Counted from the first letter of the stretch, positions 46,605-55,942 are shown. The stretch is 64,000 bases of DNA from Deferrisomatales bacterium (GCA_033551855.1 JAWSUI010000010.1:1-64000), one strand, 5' to 3'. Translations and numbers: made by a program. The notes: a model not told the origin generated them from the letters alone.

Positions 46605-48803
46605 TCAGCCCCCCCGCAGCAGGAACCGGCGGTACTCCCAGAGTCGGGCGAGGACCCGAGCCGCGCGCTCCGGTGTCGGGAAGGCCAGGATTCGATCGGC
46701 GCGTCCCTCGACGTCGAGGAGTGTGCGGCCCCGCGGCTCGGGGAGCAGGGTCACCCCTACCACGGGCTTGCCGTACCGCTCGGCCAGGCGGGCGATCGCC
46801 CTGCGGCTCTCGTCCTCGTGGCGCGCCGCCTGTGCCTCCGCGGCGTCCAGCACCGCCGCCGGCTGCTCCGGGTCCACGGCCCGAGCCGACGCGACGCCGG
46901 CCCGGAGGAATGACTCCCGGCCCAGAATTCCCAGATGGATGACGGCGTCCGCCCCCCCCCACGCGAGGAGCTCCTCCAGAACCGCCGCGGGGAGCGCGGG
47001 CCCCGGCTCCCCCACCAAGTCCACGGGGTTGGTCCGGCTCCAGTAGGAGGGAAGGAGCCGATCCAGGCGTTCCCGCACCCCGGGCGCCAGGGCCGGGAGC
47101 TCGAGCCCCAGCTCCGCGCAGGCGTCGGCGGCCACGACACCCCACCCTCCGCCCCAGGTCATCACGGCGACCCGTGGTCCCCTGGGCAGCGGCAACGCCG
47201 TGAACGCGGCGGACGCGTCGAGGAGGTCGGTTGGGTGATCCGCCAGCACGACGCCGGCCTGGCGGCACGCGGCGGCAAACACCCGGGCATCCCCGGCCAA
47301 AGCGCCGGTGTGGCTCGCCGCCGCCCGCTGCCCCGCGCCGGTGCGGCCCCCCTTCAAGGCGACCAGGGGCTTGCGCCGGCCCAGGCGCCGGGCCGCCTCG
47401 AAAAAGCGCCGTCCCTCCTTGACCCCCTCCAGGTACAGGATCACGGTCCGGGTCAGGTCGTCGGTCTCCAGGGCCTCCAGGAAGTCCTCCACACCGACCA
47501 TGGCTTCGTTCCCCGTTCCGCAGAAGGCACGAATCCCGATCCCCTGGGCTTCCGCGAAGGAGAGAAGCTGGACCCCCATGTTGCCCGACTGGGAGAGGAG
47601 AGCCGCAGAGCCGGGCTGCGGCCGCACGTGGGCGCCGGTCGCGTAGAACCGGAGGTGGGGGTTGAGGATGCCCATGGTGTTGGGCCCGACCAGGGTGACC
47701 CCCGCGTCACGCGCCGCGCACACGAGGCGCTCCTCGAGAACCCTGCCCTCGGCCCCCGTCTCCCCGAAGCCGGAAGATACGACGACGGCGCTGCGCACGC
47801 CCCGTTCCCCCAGCTGGGTGACGACGGAGGCGACCGTCTCCGCCGGCACGGTGACCACCGCCAGGTCGACCCCGTCGGGCAGGGCCGCCACCCTCGGCAG
47901 CGCCTCGCGCCCGGCGACAGAGCCCCCCCTGGGGTTCACCGGGTAGATCGGCCCGGGAAAACCCCCGGCCAGGCAGTTGGTCAAGACGGCGTGCCCCCAC
48001 TTCCCCATCTTGCCGGTGGCACCGACGAACGCCACCGAGCGCGGGTGGAAGAGGCGGGCCAGGGCGCCTGCGGAGACGCGCCTCCGGGGCTCCCTCCCCC
48101 TGTCGTCACCGAGCACCACCAGGGCGTCAACCGCGACCACCGACCCGTCGGGCCGAACCAGCAGGGGGTTCACGTCGACCTCCGCGACCGCCGGATGCTC
48201 CTCGGCCAAGCGGGAGAGCCCGAGGACGGCAGCGATGAGCGCGTCCCGCTGCACGGCAGGTTCTCCCCGGAAGCGCCCGAGGACGGCGCGGGCCCGCAGC
48301 CGCTCCAAGAGGGCGGCGGCCTCGGCCTCGGTCAGGGGCGCCAGGGCCAGCGCCACGTCGTCGAGAGCCTCTGCGAGCACGCCCCCCAGTCCGAAGGCGA
48401 CGACCGGCCCGAACCCGGGGTCCCGGAAGAGCCCCAGAAGCAGCTCTCGCCGGCCCGGCACGAGGGGCTGGACCACGAAGCCCTTCACCTCCCCGCCGCC
48501 GAGCCGGGCAACCTCCCGCGCCGCGTCCGCGACCTCGGAGGGCCCCCGGAGGCCGATCCGCACGAGGCCGTGCTCGCTCTTGTGGGCCAGGGCGGCGCCC
48601 AAGGCCTTCAGGACCACCGGGAATCCCAGCTCTCGGCCGGCCTCTACCGCTTCCTCGGGAGTGGAGGCCACCCGCTCCTCAACGGTCGGGACCCCGTAGC
48701 GGGAGACCAGGGCCTTCGACTCCGCCTCGTCCAAGGTCCGTCGGCCCTCCCGTCCGGCACTCTCCAGGGGCTCGGCGCGGCTCCCTCCGCCCTTCCCGTT
48801 CAT
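46605..48803 (-). CDS. ADP-forming acyl-CoA synthetase (acetate-CoA ligase family), ATP-grasp domain N-terminal
   Basis: HKSE, DPGFGP, EVDVNPL, then CoA-binding domain, GPNTMG, SQSG, ASHTGALAG. Confidence 0.92.
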   Translation of the reverse strand: MNGKGGGSRAEPLESAGREGRRTLDEAESKALVSRYGVPTVEERVASTPEEAVEAGRELGFPVVLKALGAALAHKSEHGLVRIGLRGPSEVADAAREVARLGGGEVKGFVVQPLVPGRRELLLGLFRDPGFGPVVAFGLGGVLAEALDDVALALAPLTEAEAAALLERLRARAVLGRFRGEPAVQRDALIAAVLGLSRLAEEHPAVAEVDVNPLLVRPDGSVVAVDALVVLGDDRGREPRRRVSAGALARLFHPRSVAFVGATGKMGKWGHAVLTNCLAGGFPGPIYPVNPRGGSVAGREALPRVAALPDGVDLAVVTVPAETVASVVTQLGERGVRSAVVVSSGFGETGAEGRVLEERLVCAARDAGVTLVGPNTMGILNPHLRFYATGAHVRPQPGSAALLSQSGNMGVQLLSFAEAQGIGIRAFCGTGNEAMVGVEDFLEALETDDLTRTVILYLEGVKEGRRFFEAARRLGRRKPLVALKGGRTGAGQRAAASHTGALAGDARVFAAACRQAGVVLADHPTDLLDASAAFTALPLPRGPRVAVMTWGGGWGVVAADACAELGLELPALAPGVRERLDRLLPSYWSRTNPVDLVGEPGPALPAAVLEELLAWGGADAVIHLGILGRESFLRAGVASARAVDPEQPAAVLDAAEAQAARHEDESRRAIARLAERYGKPVVGVTLLPEPRGRTLLDVEGRADRILAFPTPERAARVLARLWEYRRFLLRGG

Positions 48804-48899
48804 CCCTCCGCCCTCCGTCTCCTGCCTTGCCCTTCGCCGCCGTCACGATAGGCTGTGTCCAATGGGGGAAACGGCAACCCCGGCGAGGAGGCAAGGCAC

Positions 48900-49094
48900 A
48901 TGAACGTCCGCATCGACTATGGGCTGTGTATGGGGGACGGAAACTGCCACAAGGTGTGCCCCGAAGTCTTCGACTACGACGACGACAAGCTGCGGGGGGT
49001 GGTCAAGGTCCAGGCCGTGCCGAAGAATCTGGAGGCCAAAGTGCGCCAGGCGGCCGAGGAGTGCAACCCCCAGGCGATCGAGATCGAGGAGTAG
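48900..49094 (+). CDS. Single-cluster ferredoxin
   Basis: CMGDGNC...CPEVF...C..QAI; GAGGAGG RBS. Confidence 0.85.
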   Translation: MNVRIDYGLCMGDGNCHKVCPEVFDYDDDKLRGVVKVQAVPKNLEAKVRQAAEECNPQAIEIEE

Positions 49095-49113
49095 GTCCCC
49101 GGCCCGCGGGGCC

Positions 49114-49797
49114 TCACACCGCGTAGGGGGTCGGGTCCGGGACGCCGGCCTCCCGGAACCCCTTGCGCCGCAGGAGGCAGCTGTCGCACCGGCCGCACGC
49201 CCGGCCGTCCCTGCCCGGGTCGTAGCAGGACCGTGTGAGCCCGTAGTCCACTCCCAGAGCCGCACCTCGGCGGATGATCTCGGCTTTGGTCCAGTGGAGC
49301 AGCGGCGCGCGGACCCGGAAGCGGTCTCCCTCCACGCCGGCCCGCGTGCCGAGGTTCGCCACCCGCTCGAAGGCCTCCAGGAACTCCGGCCGGCAGTCGG
49401 GGTAGCCCGAATAGTCGAGCGCGTTGACGCCGATGAAGAGGTCCCGGGCTCCCAGGACCTCGGCCCAGGCCAGGGCAAAGGAGAGGAAGACGGTGTTTCG
49501 CGCCGGCACGTAGGTGACGGGGATCTCCTTCCCGATCGCCTCCTCCGAGTCCGACTTGGGGACGGCGATGTCCGCGGTGAGGGCGGAACCGCCGAAGGCC
49601 CGCAGGTCGATGCCGGCCACGTGGTGCGCGGCCGCGCCCAAAGCCGCCGCCACCCTGCGGGCGGCGTCGAGCTCCACGGCGTGGCGCTGGCCATAGGCGA
49701 AGGAGAGGGCGTAGGTTTCGAAGCCCTCGGCCCGGGCGATGGCCAGGCAGGTGGCCGAGTCGAGCCCCCCGCTCAGGAGCACGACGGCGCGGGGCAT
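49114..49797 (-). CDS. queC: 7-cyano-7-deazaguanine synthase
   Basis: [36 protein letters not shown]. Confidence 0.97.
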   Translation of the reverse strand: MPRAVVLLSGGLDSATCLAIARAEGFETYALSFAYGQRHAVELDAARRVAAALGAAAHHVAGIDLRAFGGSALTADIAVPKSDSEEAIGKEIPVTYVPARNTVFLSFALAWAEVLGARDLFIGVNALDYSGYPDCRPEFLEAFERVANLGTRAGVEGDRFRVRAPLLHWTKAEIIRRGAALGVDYGLTRSCYDPGRDGRACGRCDSCLLRRKGFREAGVPDPTPYAV

Positions 49798-49916
49798 GGG
49801 ACCTCCTCCCGTCGAGGCGGTGTGGAAACCACGGGGGGCGCATGCCGGCAGGCGGAGACCGCCGCGCTGCGAGCGCCCGGGATGGGCCGTCCCTCCATGA
49901 GAACTGCGCCCGGTGC

Positions 49917-49951
49917 CCGGTCAGGAGGGGGGTACCCCGCCCTCCTGCCGG
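49917..49951 (-). terminator. GC hairpin downstream of paaK
   Basis: CCGGTCAGGAGGG...CCCTCCTGCCGG. Confidence 0.35.
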
Positions 49952-49973
49952 GCACGCCCTCGCACCGGCCTGA

Positions 49974-51269
49974 CTACGTGCGCTCGTCGATGACCCGCTT
50001 GGCCTTGCCCTCGCTCCGGGCGATGCTGCCCAGGGGCACGACCTGCACCGGGGCGTTGATCCCGATGACACCGTGGATCCTCGCCGAGACCCGTTTGCCC
50101 AGGTCCAGCAGGCCCTCCTTTCCCTGCCCGTACACCTCCGCCTTGGCCTCGACCTCCACCTTGATGGCGTCCAGATAGCCCTTCTTGGTCACTCGGATCT
50201 GGTACTGGGGCTCCAGCTCCGCAAACTCCATGATGACGGACTCCACTTGGCTGGGGAACACGTTCACCCCGGAGATGATCAGCATGTCGTCGGACCGGCC
50301 CAGGATCTTGTCCATCGTCACCAGGGTCCGGCCGCACGCGCAGGTCTGGCGCTGCAGGCTCGTGATGTCCCGAGTCCGGTAGCGAAGCAGCGGCATGGCG
50401 CGGCGCTGGAGGGCCGTGAAGACGAGCTCTCCCTTTTCCCCCAGGGGCATGGGCTCCAGGGTGGAGGGGTCGACGATCTCCGGGTACGTGTGGTCCTCGT
50501 TGAGGTGCAGCTGTCGTGCCTCGCAGGAGAACCCGACCCCCGGCCCCATCATCTCGGTCAGGCCGTAGGCCTCGTGGGCGGCGATCCCCATGCGCGCCTC
50601 GATCTCCTCGCGCATCTTCACGGTCCACGGCTCGGCGCCGAAGGAGCCCACGCGCAGGGACATCGTGTGCAGGTCGATCCCCATCTGTTCAGCCTTTTCG
50701 GCGATCGTCAGGGCGTAGGTCGGGGTGGACAGGAGGACGGTGCTCCCGAAGTCCTTCATCAGCATGATCTGGCGCTCGGTCATGCCCGATCCCGTGGGGA
50801 GCATGCACGCCCCCAGCTTCTCCACCCCGAGGTAGAAGCCCAGCCCGCCCGTGAAGAGACCCATGCCGTAGGCATTCTGGCAGATGTCCTCCGAGCGGAC
50901 CCCCTGCGCATAGAGCAAGCGGGCCATGCACTCGGCCCACTGGTTCAGGTCGTCGGCGGTGTACGGGCCGGTGATGGGCTTGCCCGTCGTGCCGGAGGAC
51001 GCGTGGATGCGCACGAGCTCTTTCATGGGCGCGGCGCACAGCCCGAAGGGGTAGTTGTCCCGAAGATCGGTCTTCACCGTGAAGGGAAGCCGCGGCAGGT
51101 CGGCCAGGGAGCGGATCTCGCTCGGGTTCACCCCCATCTCGTCGAGCTTGCGTTCGTAAAAGGGGACCCGTTCGTACACCCACTGGACCGTCTCCTGGAG
51201 CTTCCGACCCTGAAACGCTTCCATCTCCTCCGGGGGCATCGTCTCGAACTTCTCGTCCCAGTACTTCAT
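49974..51269 (-). CDS. paaK: Phenylacetate-CoA ligase
   Basis: HASSGTTGKP, GLFTGG, FGAEPW, YGLTE..GPG, RYRTRD, GVNVFPSQ. Confidence 0.93.
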   Translation of the reverse strand: MKYWDEKFETMPPEEMEAFQGRKLQETVQWVYERVPFYERKLDEMGVNPSEIRSLADLPRLPFTVKTDLRDNYPFGLCAAPMKELVRIHASSGTTGKPITGPYTADDLNQWAECMARLLYAQGVRSEDICQNAYGMGLFTGGLGFYLGVEKLGACMLPTGSGMTERQIMLMKDFGSTVLLSTPTYALTIAEKAEQMGIDLHTMSLRVGSFGAEPWTVKMREEIEARMGIAAHEAYGLTEMMGPGVGFSCEARQLHLNEDHTYPEIVDPSTLEPMPLGEKGELVFTALQRRAMPLLRYRTRDITSLQRQTCACGRTLVTMDKILGRSDDMLIISGVNVFPSQVESVIMEFAELEPQYQIRVTKKGYLDAIKVEVEAKAEVYGQGKEGLLDLGKRVSARIHGVIGINAPVQVVPLGSIARSEGKAKRVIDERT

Positions 51270-51464
51270 CGCATCTCCTCCAGACAGACAAGGTTCACGG
51301 GCGCGCGAAATACAAGCAAACGCTGTACCAACTGCCTCCCCCTCGACAGGACCCTTCCTGACTGGCGGCGGGGGAGGGGCCGGTGGGCGGTGGCCGGCGC
51401 GAGCGGTAGATATTGGCCGAAGTGGGGGAAGATTTCAACGACGAGTCTGCCAACACGACGAGTC

Positions 51465-51665
51465 TGGCCCCGGACCCCCCGCCTCCTCGGCAAGCGGGGG
51501 CCGGGGGCCCCGCCGGTCGCCCCGGCCACTGCGGCGATGCGAAGTGGGGGGGCCGAGAAGGCCCCGGTGCGCCGCTTCACCCGTTTGCGTCGGGCTCGGC
51601 GAGTCGGTCGTTGCAGGACGGGGCTGCCCTCCGGGGCTTCCGGCCCCCGCCTCACGAGGCGGGCC
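51465..51665 (+). repeat. Family A palindromic repeat, copy A6, abutting MITE B2
   Basis: GCGGGGGCCGGGGGCCCC (51494) / GGGGCTTCCGGCCCCCGC (51633); shares CCCCGGTGCGCC and TTCACCCGTTTGCG with other copies. Confidence 0.8.
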
Positions 51666-51673
51666 ATATTTTG

Positions 51674-51882
51674 GGTTCATCCGGGAAATGACCGGGTACT
51701 CGTGTCCAGGGACGACCGGGTGGGCCCGACCACGTAGGCGGACGGCCGCTCGACGTGAGCAGCCGCTTCGGGAGTCGCGATGTCGCGAGGATTCCGGACG
51801 CGGCGGGGGAGAACACCTACCGTGCAGCCCGGCCTCGTCTGCCGGAGTGGGCGGGCCCACCCGGTCGTTTACCGGAGGAACC
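51674..51882 (-). mobile_element. 209-bp MITE, ISL3-type ends, copy B2
   Basis: Near-identical reverse complement of B1 and B3; perfect TSD ATATTTTG (51666-51673, 51883-51890). Confidence 0.88.
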
Positions 51883-51889
51883 ATATTTT

Positions 51890-52097
51890 GGCTCTTCCGG
51901 GGAATGACGGGGTGCCGTGCCCGAGGACGGCCGGGTGGGTCCGACGCCGCAGGCGGACGGCCCCTCGATGACCCTATCCCCGTCGGGGCCTTTGGTCCCT
52001 TCGGGTGTTCCGGGGGACCCGAGGGCTCGCACCGTCGGGGCGCCCGGCATCGGCCGCCGGAGTGGGCGGACCCACCCGGTTGTTTCCGGGACGAGGC
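51890..52097 (-). mobile_element. Older diverged relative of MITE family B (B4, ~208 bp)
   Basis: Starts GGCTCTTCCGGGGAATGACGGGG and ends CCCACCCGGTTGTTTCCGGGACGAGGC; shares GCCGGAGTGGGCGG and AGGCGGACGGCC with B2; no clear TSD. Confidence 0.65.
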
Positions 52098-52175
52098 ACC
52101 ATTCTTGGCGGCTCCGGGAGTTGCGGCCAATCGGTGCGGCCGGAGACGGACCCCCCTGCCGGGGGGGCGGCGGGA

Positions 52176-52245
52176 AACCCGATTTTTCGGGTTGACAGGA
52201 GCGGGACATCGTGGAGCATGATGTCCGAGCTGTCCCAATTTGTCC
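52176..52245 (+). promoter_or_regulatory. Promoter with dyad and phased TGTCC repeats (putative autoregulatory operator)
   Basis: TTGACA (52192)-19 bp-CATGAT (52217); dyad GGACATCGTG-gag-CATGATGTCC; TGTCC at 52222, 52231, 52241. Confidence 0.6.
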
Positions 52246-52264
52246 ACAGCAGAAGAGGAACCCC

Positions 52265-52957
52265 ATGGAGCTCTCGGTCCGCGATGCCGCGCGTCTTCTG
52301 GGAGTGTCCGAGAAGACCGTCTACCGGTGGGCCCGCAAGGGAGAGATCCCCCTCACGCGGGTCAACGATCAGTACCGCTTCCACAGGGTGGAGCTCCTGG
52401 AGTGGGCAACCGCGCGCAAGATCCCGGTGTCCCCAGAGATCTACCAGGAGTCCGCGGACGGGCCCTGCCCGGACCTCTCCGATGCCCTGGAGGCGGGGGG
52501 GGTCTTCTACCGAATCGAGGGGACCGACGTTGCCCAGGTGCTCCGGACCGTTGTGGACCACCTGCGATTGCCCGAGGAGGTGGACCGGGAGTACCTCTAC
52601 CAGGTCCTCCTGGCCCGGGAGGAGCTCGGCTCGACGGCCGTGGGCGACGGCATCGCGATCCCCCACCCCCGCAACCCGATCGTGCTCCACGTGCCGCGCC
52701 CCACGGTGACCCTGTGCTTCCTGGAACACCCCGTGGACTTCCAGGCCCTGGACGGCCGGCCGGTACATATCCTCTTCACCCTCGTGAGCCCAACGGTGCG
52801 GGCGCACCTGCACCTGCTCTCACGCCTGGCGTTCTGCCTGCGCGACGGGACCCTGCGGGAGCTCCTGGCGGAGCCTGCAAGCCGTGACGTCCTCCACCAG
52901 GCTTTTCGCGAAGTCGAGAGGGACATCCCGAGGCCCCCGGGAGACACGAGCGGGTGA
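52265..52957 (+). CDS. Excisionase-type HTH fused to PTS EIIA (PtsN-like) regulator
   Basis: SVRDAARLLGVSEKTVYRWARKGEIP; RE..GSTAVGDGIAIPHPR, ALDGRPV. Confidence 0.9.
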   Translation: MELSVRDAARLLGVSEKTVYRWARKGEIPLTRVNDQYRFHRVELLEWATARKIPVSPEIYQESADGPCPDLSDALEAGGVFYRIEGTDVAQVLRTVVDHLRLPEEVDREYLYQVLLAREELGSTAVGDGIAIPHPRNPIVLHVPRPTVTLCFLEHPVDFQALDGRPVHILFTLVSPTVRAHLHLLSRLAFCLRDGTLRELLAEPASRDVLHQAFREVERDIPRPPGDTSG

Positions 52958-53299
52958 CCCCCCTCCTGTCCGGGAGAAACCCGGTGAGCGCCGTTTACGG
53001 CGACGTGCCGCTGCTCGACCCGGACGCGTTCGCCCAGGCGCTCTCCGACCGGCTGGCCGGCGGGGCTCTTCGGGTTCTTCCTGCTCGCGTCCTTCGCGGG
53101 CATGGGGGCCACCGTCCTAGCGGTGGCCCAGGGGCCGCCCTCCCCCGCCGCGAGGACCACCGCCTACCGCGACGGGCTCCTCACCGGGGTACCTTTGGTT
53201 CTCTTCTTCGGGCTCCTCCTGCTGCTCGGCGTCTACCTGCCCGCGCCCCTCGGAGAACTGCTGCGGCAGGCTGCGGCGATGGTGGAGGGGAGTGGTTAG
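52954..53299 (+). pseudogene. Deletion relic of a hydrogenase-4/Ehr-type operon
   Basis: Coupled start (GTGA) with a short soluble N-terminus, then an out-of-frame switch near 53050 to GLFGFFLLASFAGMGATVLAVAQG..LLLLLGVYLPAPL..LLRQAA, which resembles a HyfF C-terminus. Confidence 0.55.
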
Positions 53300-55607
53300 C
53301 GCCTTCGGAGGGCAGGTTCGGCGGGAGCAGGGCCTCCGGGCTACCCGTCGACACGAGCTCCCCCACGAAGAGGCTCGCGTTCTTGACGAAGAAGAAGGTG
53401 GGCAGGCCGTCGGCCAGCTCCGAAAGCCGCACGGCGTAGTCCTCTTCCTGCCCCTCCTCGGGGGTCGCGAGGCCCAGCAGGACCGCATCCGCTTCTCGGC
53501 TCTCGGCCTGGATCACCTCTCGGATGCTCGTGTCCGGGGGCTTCACGAGCACCTCGACTTGGGCGCTGATGCGCAGCGCGGGGAGCAAGTGGTCGAGGAT
53601 GTGCTCGGTCTTCTCCTTCATCAGGGGATTCGAGGCGATGCTCAGCACCCGGATGTGCGCCCCCCGCCACTCCCGGTTGCGCGTGAGGAGATAGGCCAGC
53701 AGGAGCATCAGGTCGCCGTTGCGCTCGAGCCCCCCCCACCAGACGTGGACCGACCGGGGACGGGCGTTGCGGCCACGGTCCATGGAGGGGGAGACCCGGC
53801 CGATGATCAGGGACTTGCGCAGCCGCTCCAGACGACGCGTGACCCGCAGGAGCTGAGCTAGGCGCTCGGGGTCCCCGGGCCACCCCAGGAGGACGGTGTT
53901 GGGCTCCAGCGCCGCCATACCGTTGGCCTGCGCAACCCCTACGATCCCCTGCTCGACGTTGGGCACGACGTCCACCTCGCCGAAGGCGGTGATCCCCTCC
54001 CGGCGAAACAGGGCCTCGATCTGCTCCTTCCTCACGAGGGGGTCCTCCTCCAGTGCCAGGAGGTCGCCCTCCACCAGCTCACAGACGGTCACGACGCCCC
54101 GGTCCTGGCTGAACCAGTCGCCGAAACGGACCAGGGCCAGGCGCCGCTCCACGTTCTCGACGAAGACGAGAACGTGAGGGCGCCAGTTGCGGGCGCTCAG
54201 GGGCCGGCGGGAGAGCTTGACCAAGGCCCAGCGGATGAGGGCCTCGTACACGCCCCGGCGCACGTCGCCCCAGTCGGCCTTGCGCTCCTTGCGTTGGAGC
54301 GCGACGTACAGGGCGAGCACGACCAATACCGCCGCGGCGCTGGCCCACGGCCGGATGAGCACCATGGCCCCGAAGCATCCCAGGGCCCCCGCGAGGCACA
54401 CCGGCCACGGCACCGAGAGGGTAGGCCTCCAGGAGGGGTCGCCCGAGAGGCCCTCCAGAGCCGCCACCAGGTTGAGCATCCCGTAGACGGTGAGGAAGAA
54501 GAGGGTGACCACCGAGGCGACGGTATTGAGGTCTCCCAGGAAAACCGCCCCCAGGGCGATGGCCAGGGTGACGGCCAGCCCCAGCACGGGCTCGCCCCCC
54601 TCCTCCGCGACCGCGGCAAACCGCCGGGGAGCGAGGTGGTCCCGGGCGAGCGCCTGCAGGGTTCGGGGCGCGCCCAGGATCGAACCGACAGCCGAGGAGA
54701 AGATGGCCCCCCAGAGGCCCGGAAGGACGAACAACGCCCCGAGGGGCGCGATCCGGGTCCAGACGAGGGGGTCGGACCGAAGAGTCTCGGCATCGGCCCC
54801 CAATGTCAGGAGGACCGGGATCGTCAGGTACAGGGCGAACCCCGTGAGGGTGGCCGCCAAGGCGCCCCGGGGAATGCTCCGCTGGGGGTCCTTCAGATCG
54901 CCGGAGAGGCCGAGGCCGGCCATGATTCCCGTGACCGCCGGGAAGAACACGGCGAAGACGACCCAGAACCCCACCTCGCCCGAGCTCCCGGCGACCCTCG
55001 GACCGGGGGGGCCGCCGCCGAAGAGCGCCCCCAACACGAGGGCCAGCAACGACAAGGCGATGAGCCCCATGATCGGAAGCTGGCTTCGCAGGGCCGCGCC
55101 GGCGCCCCGGTAGGCCAAGGCGGCCACCCCGAGCACGATGACCATGGCCGCCGCCGGCACCGGCACCCCGGGCCAGACGAAGCGCAGCGACTCTGCGAGG
55201 CCGTAGGAATACAGCGTAACCGAGAGGGCCTGGGCGAGGAACAGCGGCAGGCCGATCGCCCCCCCGATCTCGGGCCCGAGACTCCGGGAGATGATGTAGT
55301 ACGCTCCCCCCGCACCCAGGCGGGTGTTGGTGGCCACCGCCGAGAGGGACAGGGTGGTGATGAGGGTGATGCCGTTGGCCAAACACACGATGAGCAGGGC
55401 CTTGCCCAGCCCGGCGTGCCCCACCACCCACCCGAACCGCAGGTACATGATGACGCCCAGGATGGTGAGGACCGTGGGTGTGAAGACCCCGAGGAAGGTC
55501 CCGAGCTGGGGGCCCTGGCGTCGGGACACGCCGGCGGCCCCTTCCCCCATGAGTCGGCGGGTCCAGGAGAGCACGCGGAGCAGGAGGGGCGGGATCTGGG
55601 GAACCAT
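53181..55607 (-). CDS. Cation-chloride cotransporter (SLC12/CCC, APC superfamily)
   Basis: GVFTPTVLTILGVIMYLR, GGAYYIISRSLG, FFPAVTG, RNWRPH, VWWGG..NGDLM; start may be 55550. Confidence 0.9.
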   Translation of the reverse strand: MVPQIPPLLLRVLSWTRRLMGEGAAGVSRRQGPQLGTFLGVFTPTVLTILGVIMYLRFGWVVGHAGLGKALLIVCLANGITLITTLSLSAVATNTRLGAGGAYYIISRSLGPEIGGAIGLPLFLAQALSVTLYSYGLAESLRFVWPGVPVPAAAMVIVLGVAALAYRGAGAALRSQLPIMGLIALSLLALVLGALFGGGPPGPRVAGSSGEVGFWVVFAVFFPAVTGIMAGLGLSGDLKDPQRSIPRGALAATLTGFALYLTIPVLLTLGADAETLRSDPLVWTRIAPLGALFVLPGLWGAIFSSAVGSILGAPRTLQALARDHLAPRRFAAVAEEGGEPVLGLAVTLAIALGAVFLGDLNTVASVVTLFFLTVYGMLNLVAALEGLSGDPSWRPTLSVPWPVCLAGALGCFGAMVLIRPWASAAAVLVVLALYVALQRKERKADWGDVRRGVYEALIRWALVKLSRRPLSARNWRPHVLVFVENVERRLALVRFGDWFSQDRGVVTVCELVEGDLLALEEDPLVRKEQIEALFRREGITAFGEVDVVPNVEQGIVGVAQANGMAALEPNTVLLGWPGDPERLAQLLRVTRRLERLRKSLIIGRVSPSMDRGRNARPRSVHVWWGGLERNGDLMLLLAYLLTRNREWRGAHIRVLSIASNPLMKEKTEHILDHLLPALRISAQVEVLVKPPDTSIREVIQAESREADAVLLGLATPEEGQEEDYAVRLSELADGLPTFFFVKNASLFVGELVSTGSPEALLPPNLPSEGANHSPPPSPQPAAAVLRGARAGRRRAAGGARRREPKVPR

Positions 55608-55819
55608 GGGCGCTCCGGGGTCGGGGGCGGCCCCGAAGGGACGCGGCGACGGCGGGGGGGGGCTTCCCGCGCCCGGGTCTGCTGCGGCCGCGCGAGCATA
55701 GCATGCCGCCCCGGGGCTGCCCAACCGGGCCGGCCGCAACAGCCCGGCCGCCGCGAGGCCTATCACTACAGCGAGCGATCGGTTCTCCGCGTGCGTTCGG
55801 CGCAAAGCCTTCCCTCCGA

Positions 55820-55910
55820 AGAGCAGCCCCGTACCGCATCGACCGACCCGCCCCGAATCCGGTGCACCGGGGCCTGCCAGGACACCCCCCTCGAATTGCC
55901 GCGGCCTTTC
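55820..55910 (-). repeat. Family A repeat, partial copy A7
   Basis: GAGCAGCCCCGTACCGCATCGACCGA..GCACCGGGGCCTGCCAGGACACCCCCCTCGAATTGCCGCGG matches the A4/A5 core with an internal deletion. Confidence 0.7.
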
Positions 55911-55942
55911 CTTCCCCTCCCGGCCTCCGGTAAGATCCCCCC

